Below are positions 33,720 to 45,700 of a stretch of 64,000 nt of DNA, one piece after another. Position numbers and translations under genes: made by a program. The stretch's first letter is position 1. The number at the start of each line of letters is the position of its first letter. Origin of the DNA: Botryllus schlosseri. Taxonomy: Eukaryota. Location: the NCBI GenBank assembly GCA_051294905.1, contig CM119383.1, positions 2,914,001 to 2,978,000 on the forward strand, given 5' to 3'. The notes beneath the pieces are model-generated. The model was not told where the DNA came from, did no database searches, and was given only the letters and a program-made list of their open reading frames with translations.

Positions 33720-36700
33720 ATGTCTGGAAGAGTTAGACGATCATCAATGTCTAGTAGGGAGGAGGAGAGAATACTCAATGAATATCGTCAAAGTTTGGGA
33801 GAAAATACATCACAAAGGAATGACTTGCCACCTTCACGTAATCGTGCAAAGAGCAGGTAAGCCCTATTTATCTTCTGTCTTGTTCATCATAAACAGACTA
33901 ATAACATCAACATTGAATTCAGGCCTAAAACAGCCAGCCCATACCTCCAAGCAGTTGCACCTCGAAATCACTCGACCGAATCCAGGCCTAAAACAGTCAG
34001 CCCATACCTCCAAGCTGTAGCACCTAGGAATCACTCGACCATTTCTAAGGTAATATTGCACTCATAGGAGATATTTCTTATTCATGTCAGGATAATTGTG
34101 TGAACTCTTTCCTTTATCAGAAACCACATCCAGCGAAGAAGATGAGAGAGCGAAAAGTTGATGAATCCGAGTCTAGCATCGCTATGAACAGTAAAGCTGT
34201 CGGGACACAATCTTTCACGGAAGACAACTTATCTTGCGATTACTCATCAACTTTTGATAGTAGCTCCAGCGACGTAAGTTCCCCTAGCATCATAACAACA
34301 TATCTATGTCCAAAGGTGGTTAGCAACGAAGTACTTCTACTTTTTGGAGCACTCAAGTAGTTTTTTCCAACCTGCAGTGGGCTACTTACTCAAAAAATTG
34401 TCAAGTAGATGTGAAAGTTATCTAAAAACACAATTTCTTGAATAAGTAGCGTATTTTCAGGCAAAACTGCTTACTTTTTACAGTTTAGATCTTATAACTT
34501 AGTTTTATGGTATGTTTCTGTCACTTTTATGTGTGAAATTGTCTTAAAAATTCACCGTAACTGAATTAAATTTTCATTTGCAGTGTCATTAGTCACAAAG
34601 AGACATCTTGCAATTTTGAAAATTGCCACCTACCATTAACACTGCAAAAAGTATACGTCCCATCGACAAAATCTACTTTTTAATCTACTTGATTACTTCT
34701 CAGATCTTTGTTTGCTACTTCCACTTGAAGTAGTTTGACATGTCTTGCGAATTGCTACTTCTACTTTTGATTGAGTAGAAATTTATAGCGTTACTCCTAC
34801 TTTAACTTGAATGCTAACATTGTCCGTATTTTCAGCAGTTCTTTAGGATTTCATTTTCAAGGTCAGCTATACATTAGCATCACTATTAACTGACGATATT
34901 TTAAGGATTCTAATGAAAAAGAGAATCATCCACGCCGCAGGACAATGGAAGTGAAATTCTCAACTCGCAACAGACCGACATCAGCACCGGCACACAGAAG
35001 AAGGTACACATTGGCATTATTGTCTGGAAGAAGTGATTTCAATTGGTGAATTCTTAGTTCAACTTGCAATTGTGCATTCATATTCAAATGATCCGGAATA
35101 GTTTTGGCTGGCATTCGTTAAAGATAATCGTCAACAACTAGTAGAGATTTGGAACAAGCATAGTATATCAACAATTGTATCACAAAATATGACTTCAACT
35201 TGCTCTGAAAGTCATGAATTAACCATTTACTTCCTTCTGCTCTCAAGACATACACATGATGGCAGCACCGATAACGAATCTGTCGCATCATATCGCAATA
35301 AAAGTATTCCAGTTTACAAAAGACAGCCGCACACTATCAGATGCAGAGCTTTTAAAAATGGCTCTCATCAAGATGAAGTGACGGTAGTTGCAAGTGATAT
35401 CAAGCAGGTGAATTCTCTTGACATTAAGTTTTTAAATTTAGTGTGTATTGGCGTTATTCTCTGTTCATGACCAAGATAGTACAATGGTCAAGCATCCGAC
35501 TTCTTGATCGGTTATATAAAACTTCCTATTCCTAATATTATGCTATAATTATTTTGTTAAAAGTACATTGGAATTGCATTCTTTTAGAGTGCATCATTTG
35601 GCCCATATACTGTATTCAATTTGGCAAAGTTACAGTATTAATTTGACAGATTTTGTTCTACTACTTAAGCATCTATTAAAGGATGGCTTCGTAAGGTTTG
35701 AATTGATCTAGCAAACCGTTAATTAAAGTAGCCCTAATATTATGATGGCATGGTCCATGGCAGATTTGACTATCGGTCATGTATTTTTTGCAAGCGCATT
35801 ACCTTGATTTATTACATTAGCTAATGATTTTTCACGATATAGCTTCTAGTGGAGGCTACTCGCAAACTTGGACTTAACATGGCTGGTAGAAGAGTGTATC
35901 TGGAAAATGGGACAGAAGCCTTTACAGCCAAAGATATACCTTCAGATGCAAAAGTTTTTATATCAAATGGAGAGCCATACAAGGACCCGAAGAAATCATT
36001 GCATTGTAAGTATTTAGTTCTTTGTCAGTGTCAGTACTTGTGGTTCTGATGCTGTCCCGTAAATCTTCATGTAAGTAGTATATTGATAGCTAAACTCTTG
36101 TGTTTACTTAGCATCTTCAACAGGCTGTGAGCACTCTCACTAATTTGAAGTAATTCAAATGATTTATTTACCTTAACTGGAGCATTGTTTGGGATGGTGT
36201 CAAACCTTCGAGTATCTTGAACTCCGAACACACAGCAATCATTTACGCGTAGCCGTGCTGGTGGGCATTACACATTGTCACCGATCGTTTTATGTTTCTT
36301 GTAAATAAAGCATTGCTGTAAAGTGGCAATTTGCAGACTTCACTCTCACAAAGTTACATGTGATGGTTCTTGGTAACAATTAGTTTTTGATGAAGTACGA
36401 GTGTCATAGTTTTTCATACAAACTTATATGAAGAGAAGAGAATCTTGGAGATATAGAACTTTGATATATGATTGAATCGTATATTCATATTGAAATATAC
36501 CAGAATATTTTCAACTGACACGTATAGGGACTCAGCAACTTACATGTTTAGTGCTATGAATCAGATAATTTTTGGGAGTACTCACATTTAGGCGGACAAA
36601 TTATTGTTGGGAATCATGAAAAGAGTAATTAAACCTTATGTAAAGTATTCCTATTCCATTCGCAACTAAATAAAAGTATCAACATAGAATTCAGACCTAA

Positions 36701-39700
36701 AAAATCGAACCCATACTGTCATACTTCCAAGCAGATTAGTAAAACCTAGAATAGTATCTTCGTAATGTTACTTTATAAAACTAGTCTACCCTATTTTGTT
36801 GTCTGTGTTGAATGTAGAATGGTTTTGCTGTCAATTTCAGGCGGTGATTCAGCAATAGATAGCTATTAATTAAATCAAATAATTTATTCATTTTTTATTT
36901 TTATTCAGACTCGGCAAACTTGACACAGACCCAATCTTGGACCCCAAAAGGTGTTGTTTTGGAAGCAGATAGGAAGCCGATGCGCAGAAAGGCGACCAAT
37001 AGATTGAAAAGGCTGGCCGGCATGCAATCATATCGCATCCTGGTGTTTGCTAACGGAAATGGAGCAGACGGACAAGAAGTGCTGCACGGTGCCCAGCACA
37101 CCAGCCTCACCAAGGTACCATTGACTTCGATATTGGTAGGTTCAGGTAGCTCTTGAATTAGACCTTTAGAAAATGTTTCTTGCCAAACCGTGTCTTATAT
37201 GCGACTAACTCCATAATCTACAAAATCCTGATTCAATCAATCCGTAAATCTAATAAAAGTGACTGTATCATATTAGCCCAACCGCACAAGATGCAAGCAG
37301 ATTTCGGCACCCAAAGTTCATGCTGTTCTCAGTACATTTATTTTGATCAATACTACTTGTATTGAAGGACTAACTGAAAAATGTCTTGCCATTCCAATCT
37401 ATGGCATGTAATGTGCATCTTTTCCGACTGTGTTGTATATGGATGAAAATGTCAATCTGAATTAATTCTATTATATCAGTGATATGTGCAATGCAGTTAG
37501 CCTAGTCTAGTCTGTATGTGTAACTTGAACCCAATGTCCTCCGATCTATAATTTTAGCTTCTGGATCAATGTACCAGCAAGCTGAAATTACATGTCGCGG
37601 CACGAATCTTATACGGCTGGAACGGAGAAGAAGTATCTACCTTGCAAGAAGGTCGATGCCCATACAACAAACAAGTTCGCTAGCATGTCCTTGAATATAT
37701 CTTTTCGTTCTACAGTGCTGAAATTGGATTCCTGCATGAAGGAAGGCGCAGTTTTTATACACGGCCCCCTTTATGTGAGTTCGGGTGAAGGCTTCAACCC
37801 CACTGGGGCCACAAATTTCATGGAAGGGGTCCTGTGGGGATTGAAAAAGCGATTGGAATCTGCCAAGTTAAAAACGTGAGACCAAAATACGTTGCTAATA
37901 ATTTGTGGTATAAGTCATATATTTGATTGTTCTTATAATTTGCCTAAAATTGGAGTTGAATTCTGCTGAAACAATAAATTTTTAAAGATATTTATGGTGT
38001 TTTATTGATTGCGGTCTAGCGAAGTGATTTGTTCATTACCGTAAATCTCTAAATCAACTTTTAGACACCAATTTCTTATGGCCCTTTAAATGATGTTGAT
38101 TTGCAAAAGCAAGTTTTCTCACTAGCATACACTTATTTGCATGATTTGTCATCGGAAGTGTCATATATCGGTAGTAAAACCTTAGGTTATGTGGTTTCAT
38201 AATATTGCTGGATTGACTTTGTACCAGTTTTGTGTCTATGTACATTGTACACTTCTACCTGTATGGTAGTACACTAATATTTGGTTGTATCATTATGCAT
38301 AAACTTGCATACACGCAAAATTACATGGGATTACTTATGAAATGGACCGTTAAAATCTCAGGGAACAGCTGGAATATGCATGCAATGGAGAAACTGAGAA
38401 GATTACCGATAAAGAAATAGTTAATATGCAACCGGAGGACGCGTACTCGTACATTGATTTGGCAAGTACTCAATTTGTCTATCGATAAGATGTTCGGTAC
38501 TTATTTTCTGGCTTTGGGCAATTTGCTGCTTTATTTTGGTTGTGATGCTCAGATGATGACATGTTGGTTATCTGTGTGTTGTCAGGTGTCGGAAGATATC
38601 GAGGAAATGAAAAAGGCGAAGGCAAAGTACCAAGAGCGACTGAAAGTTTTGAAGAAAATGAAAAAGGAACAGAACAGTCTTGGGAATTCTTACACAATGA
38701 AGCATATAAAAGAAATCAGTATGCATTGTTAAATATATCGATGTTCTCGGCTGTCGTTTAAATGTGATTGGATTGTGACTGATGCTGATGCTGATAAAAT
38801 ACAAGTGCTGTGTAATATTTCAAGTTAATTAACAGCACAACCGTTTTTTACTGAGCAGCAAACAAGCAAATGAGATTAAGTAAAAATTAATTGTTTTTGG
38901 AACCTAGTTTTGCTTAAAAAACTGATAACTGTTGGATAAAAGGAGGAGTGATCCGAAATACCCACTTGATTATCCACTGTTTTCTACATTACGATATAAA
39001 AAAAGTGTGAATTGAGTATTTTTGGCTAAAATACTGTTAAATATAAGTGGGAGTAGGCTATACACATGACCACTTGACCTTGAGTAATCAGCACGAAACC
39101 TACTTGAGTTCTCTGAAAAAGTAGAATTACTCCGTTAATGGCCACCTCTGATTAAGATAAAAGAACGTCAAGATAATCAGTTTGATGTTCTTTTGTTTCT
39201 TGTTTTCTTTTGCCCTTTTATTTAATTGAAAGTCGATATATATTTATATATATATCTGATTAAGAGAGTTAGGAATGAAAAATGAATGAACTATGTTCAT
39301 CGACGGCGCCTGCCGCGTTGCAGTTTGAAATATATTGTACACCTTGGTATTTTATTTGCGACCGCACGTATTTACAGGCAGCGACGACCGTATAGTCGGT
39401 CAGCACGGGCTGCGTTTGAAGATTTTCGAAAACGGCAAAGACATCAACCCGCAAACCGTCTTTGTGAATTTGAGAGAAATTTACCGTGGCGCGGAACAAG
39501 AGCAAAATCCGGACGAGCTCATCAAACGCAGAGTACGCCGATTAAATTTTCCACTCAATCGGACGACTAGAAAACTTTCAGCTTCAAATTAGATTAAAAT
39601 GAGAAATATAGCTTTTCTCCAAATTGGATTAGAATTAGAGTTACCGAATTCGCAAAAACTTCAAAATTGAATTAAATTCAGAATTAGGAAGGAATACAAC

Positions 39701-42700
39701 AAAAATTTCAGCCTTTCTAAATTAGACTAGAATTTGAATTATAGCTATACATTTTTTTATCAAATTAGACTGGAATTAGAATTATAGCTACAGTTTTTTC
39801 CAAAATAGATTAGAATTAGAATACAGTATTCTCGAAAACTTGGACATGCAATGATGTTCAGTTTATATAAAATCAAAGTCCATTCTTTCTTATAAGCATG
39901 ATAATGGCAAATCTCTGTACACCGCGCTTGGCTCGCACTATACAATTCTCGTGTAGCATTTTCAGGTGAACCAGAAATTATATTAAAATTATATCGTAGA
40001 AACATTTCACAAACTTATTAGTTTAGTTTTCCAAGTCTGCTACCAATAGAACTGTGCGATTTTTTTTTCAGTTTTTGGAGTACATATCTCATTGGCATAA
40101 GCCAGTCGACCCAACAGGGCCCGCAAAGAGTACGTTGGTCCGGAGAATGTTCGATAAAGAAGGGGAGGAAATAATGAATGTTAACGAATTGGAGTATGAT
40201 CAGCAGGTAGGAAAATCCGCTAATTTTAGGGCTGTAATGACTCAAGTGACGTGGATATGGAGATCCAGCAAAGTACAAGTGAAGAAATCGTGCCAGCAAT
40301 TTTGTCAACGGGTTAAGCACCGGAGACCATGGAAATTTATTTATTCAACTGCCGTGCAATGGGGATAGGTGGTATTTTCTTTTCGCTGCAGTTCAATCAT
40401 GGTGGATTTCTGAAGGAAATGTTTACGGCCAAAATTTTTTCTTTAATTTGAGACCATATCATATTTATAGCACAATGCCCCTTTCAGTACTCTTTCTGCA
40501 GATCGTTAATTTAATAAACGACCTCTTTTTATCGTGCCGCAAGCTAATTCAATTGATACTATCAAAACATGGTAGAGCGTTTCACCATAAACACGCAGTG
40601 TCGAATTAGTTGAGCAAAAGCGGTCACTCATGGCTTGTTTGAAAGGAGAGATCTATGATCTATGAATAGCACATACTTATTCGCACTAGGTATACGTCAT
40701 GGACTCCATAAGGAACTAACATAAACTTGTCTATTTTTACAAGAAGGTTATCTCGTATTCTTGATTATATACACGCTCGGTTGCCCTGCTCTCATCTAGC
40801 TTCATGGCGTAGTTGGTTAGGCATTGAAATTCTGAATCCAACGATATGTTACTTATTGGTTTCACATCCCATTAAGGTCGTGTTTCGCAGTTTTGAAAAG
40901 TGAGGCAAAATTTTTCAGAAAAAACAGCTGATGCCAGCTGGTTAATAACTATGCACTACGGCTAGCTATGCTATGCCTATTGATGTATCTTATGCTATTC
41001 ACCACATTCATTTAATTCAGATTTGGCTCTCCTACGGGGAAGATTTCAAGCCCTGTTACTTGATGACATTGCACGCCCAACTGCAGCCTGTGGTGGGATA
41101 TCTTTTGAATGGACGCGAAAAAGTGATTATGCGACAAGGAGAGACGGAAATACCTCAAAACACCAAATGGAAAGCTTGCACAGGGTTTCCTGAAAACGTC
41201 ACCTGTTTACCTGTGGAGGTCATTGAAGGGGTCAGTACATTGTTCACTGCAGGCGTCCAATTTTTTTTTTTTGAAAATCTTGTAGGTTAATAATTAGGGC
41301 TGAGAACAATGATTCGAGTACTCGATTTACGCAGTCCTTGTGATAGTAATGTAAATTTCCTCAAAATTCTGTTACAGCAGCCGGAAATGTACCCGGAAAC
41401 TGACCACTACCTACAAGCGGAAGACGATCCTCGACTCGTGTTGAAACCGATGCTGATGGCCGATAAGAAGCTAGAAAAGAGAAACATCCCCGGATTGTCC
41501 CAGGTAATCGGAAAGATTTCATTTGAATACGCTGTCAAATCTGTTGTTATATCGGAATAATATGGTTCAGAATCGGATTATGAAGCTTTGTATGCACAAT
41601 CTTGCTAATGGACTAGCTGCCATCTAGATTTTTCTTTAATTGACGTATGTAGGTACCGAATTATAGGAATCAATATAAGGATTATACAAATAAATACCAT
41701 TCCAGGTTCCAGTGGATTAAAATAATCAATAAACGAGTAAGATAATACTTAATACAACCAAATACTCCAATCAATACATGAGGAAAAATGGGGTTTTCTC
41801 TGCACATCACGATATAAATGGCAGGCCGGACAGTTCAATTAAATTATGACTCAAAAGCTAAACCTAATTTATCATCATGCGCAATTGATAATATTCAACA
41901 CTCCAAGATATATTTTCATTTATAATACATGTATTACACTGAAATCTAGGAGTTAGTTGCAGTAATCAACTAACTACGGTAAATTGGTCGTTTGTGTAAG
42001 TCTGCTCGACATCAGCATGAGTTATTGCTTTCCAGTCCTGGCTTATTCATCGTAACGGGTTAGTTACGTCACGTAACTACCCTCAACTCGCGCTGGCCTT
42101 GGATGAAGACCAACCAGTGACTGTGGAGATGAGTTGCGGGGCGTCCGTAACAGGATACGCGGTTACTCTACAGAAACGAGCCAAAGGAAACCCCATACAT
42201 CAGTGGGAGTTCAGCTCGGCCGGTCAAATCTGTTCTCTCTTCAATTCAAGCTCACATCTGGTACATTTTTTTGGATATTTGAATCCCAGATTTTAAACAT
42301 GTCTGGAATTAGGACCTATTATCTTGTTCTGCAAGGTCTTGACGATGCTTGATAAAGAAAACTTCAATTCTATCGAAATCAAAGGCAAGGTTTATCCACT
42401 CAAGTCTGCTAACAACGATGATGGAAGCTCACCTGTGGCGAATAGTCCTACCGAACAGGTATGTAACATATGATTGATACATCGTTGGTATGCAATGTTC
42501 TCTCCGATTCTCTACAAGTTACTGACGATTACCCCTGATGAGTGTCAGCCGAAAATATTCGGGTTCATTTCAATATGAATATACTATTCGCCTGTGTAAT
42601 AGAAAAACACGCTTCTCCTTGTGCGTCTGTGTTTAGATCCGAGTTGTGGCGCTTGAAAAATTGACAGGTTCGCGTGCTAAATATCAACGCTGGGCGTTGA

Positions 42701-45700
42701 AACAGGAAAGCATCCCAAACGAATGGAAAAAGACAAAGGTAACTTCTATCTCATTGTATTAATATGCTAGAACTAGTCTGTTCGAAGGTCTGCGATTTTG
42801 AGTGCTGGCATATTAGTGGTCAGAGGCGGTCAGTAATGAAGTAATTATACTTTTCAGAGTGCTCGTGTATATTATGGCTACTTTGCACTATCTACTCAAG
42901 TGGTTGTGTTTGAAACTACTAACACTTTTACAGTTTTTAGGCAAAACCACATCATTTTTACTTGATTGGAAATCGCTGCTCCCATTGGAATACAGAAGTA
43001 GTCAGTAACGAAATACTTCTACTTTTTCAGAGTACTGGAGTAGGATTTGGCCCACTTTTCTACTTGAAAATTTACCGTTTTTTAGCCAAAATTACTTACT
43101 TTTTACTAAATGGAACTAGCAACTGTAAAATTTGGAAAAGTATCAAAATTTTCAAATTATTTTTTTGGATGGAAATATTAACATGGTACCTGTGTTTTTA
43201 CATCATTGCCTTACTTCATCAAAAAGTAAATCAAAATTGCAAAATTTCTACTTTACTAGGGATACCGTCAGTATTTTCTTTTACTGCAAAAATGTTCAAT
43301 AGCGTTTTTCTACATTGTAAAATTTCGTTATATCGCTTCACCAGAAACCGACGATTTGTACTAAATTTTTGTCGTAAATTACCCACTCATCGTTTTTTGA
43401 AAAGCTAACATCCAGATCTGTGTTTTGCTGATTTTTGTTTGGTCTAGGTCATGGTCTGAGTTTGACGGGGCACTTCTCTTTAAAAGTGATTTTTTTAGGT
43501 GTTCACGTTTGTAGTCATAAATTCCCAAAGGTAGATGCGAGCCCCATGATTCATACATTGCTGGAAAGGGCAGGAAATTTCCTTTCCAAATATGGTCTTT
43601 ATGTTGTACCATGAGCATGTACCCCACCGGTACACTTACTCAAAAAAACATGAAAATATTGAACACGCGTATTAAAAATCCTAAAAACTCAAAAGTCTGT
43701 CAAGATTTTCCTTCAAATATTGTTGTAGTAATAGCACAGGTATATACCTACAAAATAATGGAGGGATTTTCAAAAAAAGGTTTTCTAACAAAATTTATTA
43801 AATTTTTGTCAGCGAACCCTAAATTTTCATTTTTTTCAAGATTCTTTCCCCTGTAAAAATTTTTCTGGACAAAATTTTGAGAAAACGCTCCATTATTTTA
43901 TTATACGTACCCTAACCATCATTTGTGCAAAATTTCAGATGAATCGGACAAGCAGGTGCCGAGCAGATACAATTTTTGTGCAGAAAAAGTATATTTTGAG
44001 AAAAACGCGTTTAAAAAATTAAAACTACAATAACTTCAAAAAACAAGGATATGAACACTGATCATGACATCAATGGCCACATTAGTTGATTTGCATCACA
44101 CATTGAACCATATATAACACAACCTGAGCATTAATAGCCGCCAGGCACATAGTCTGATGTGTCTAAGGACTCTTGAACTCTTTAAATTTTTCACAGCGAG
44201 AGAGCGTCGAGATGCAGTCTGTCTTTTTTCTCGCTTCAAACCAGTTCCATTTTTGTGAACGTGTTCACTGGCAAGTTTAGGCTTTCAAGAACACTCAAGT
44301 ATACACTGCATCCAATATTCCAGTTCAGTACGGACATAGCTACAGCACGTTTTACTGCCATAGTTCATAAGTACCTTTTCTTCAGGCACCTTGGCCCTAT
44401 GGTCGCAACGAATGACTCATTTTGGGTTTTGGTGAATCCACCAATGCATCTTTCCATTTCAAAGATTCTTCTAAAACTCTAAATTTCCTTGATCGACTCA
44501 TTCTAGGCATATTGATAGCTAGAAATGAAAACCAATCCAAAACAGTTATCAAAAAACAATACATACTACCCAATATTGTCAGTCAGCAGTCAATGAATAA
44601 AAAAAGATGAAATAGGACAACACACAACCTCCATCTGGACCATTTCCTTGGTACTGAATCAATGAAGCAGCCAAGTATATGAAAGCAGACATGCTAGAAC
44701 ACTTATTTATAAGCAAACAATAAATACTACCCAATATTGTCAGTTATCAGTCAACAAATCAAAAAAGAAATGAAAAAAAAACAGCCTCAACTCGCCTGCT
44801 TACTGAATCTGGGAAGCAGCCAAGTTTATGAAGGCAGACTGGCTAGAACTATACTAGAACACTCATTTCGAGCTCTACAGCATAGATTTCACCAGATGGC
44901 GCTATTTCCCCCAGCAAAGGCGAATGTTGGATTAGAATGAACACGACTGCAGCAAAAATTGGGCTGTAATTCTTTTTTTTTTATAAAATGGTCCCCAAAA
45001 GAAACTAGTTTTGGATAAGAAGGAGTTGGAATATCATAAAAATAATGACATATTTGGAAAGAGCGTGAAATTTCCGTTCTAGATCGATGAAGAAAAAAAA
45101 AACACAAAAAAATTATTTCTAAAGAGAAGTGCCCCCTTAACAGCAAACTTCTCAAAAAAATTGAAATTTGACAGTTCTAAACGATATTTCTCCAAGATGA
45201 GTTGCACACGATCTTTCATATTTTAGCAACATGCAGGACTGTCCTATTACTCCCTAAGAAGTCGTTAGATCGAAAAGTAGTCTCACAATTTTGAGGTACG
45301 GTGTTTCGCGTGTTGGAGCACTATTTCTCTTGCCAAATCCAAATTCTGTGGGCTAGAACTACAATTTGTGATATTTATGTATAGAGCATAGCGACATCTA
45401 GCAGCTAGTAGCCATTTGCTAGATAGCGCTGTTGAGTTGCTAGTAGCTAAAATGTCGGTAAACGATTTCTTGTATGCACCCCAGGTTGCTAATCCAGCTT
45501 GGAAGAAACTGGCTTATTCCTGGCCTGTGCTGCCCGACGGTAACTGGAATATGGATTACAAATGGCCGTTGGAGGGCACTTTCATTTGTTCCCCGCCTCA
45601 TCTACGCGGAAAAGATAAGCCTAAATCACAGACTACTATTCCTATTCGGGTGCTCAAAAACGGAGAGAAAGATCTGAAAAGGTTACTGAATGCATTCAGT

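Noticed and set aside
43560-45320. Transposon-like AT-rich segments, including a CCCCTTAA end suggestive of piggyBac
   Set aside because: No matching opposite terminus or TSD could be found, so boundaries and family are unsupported.
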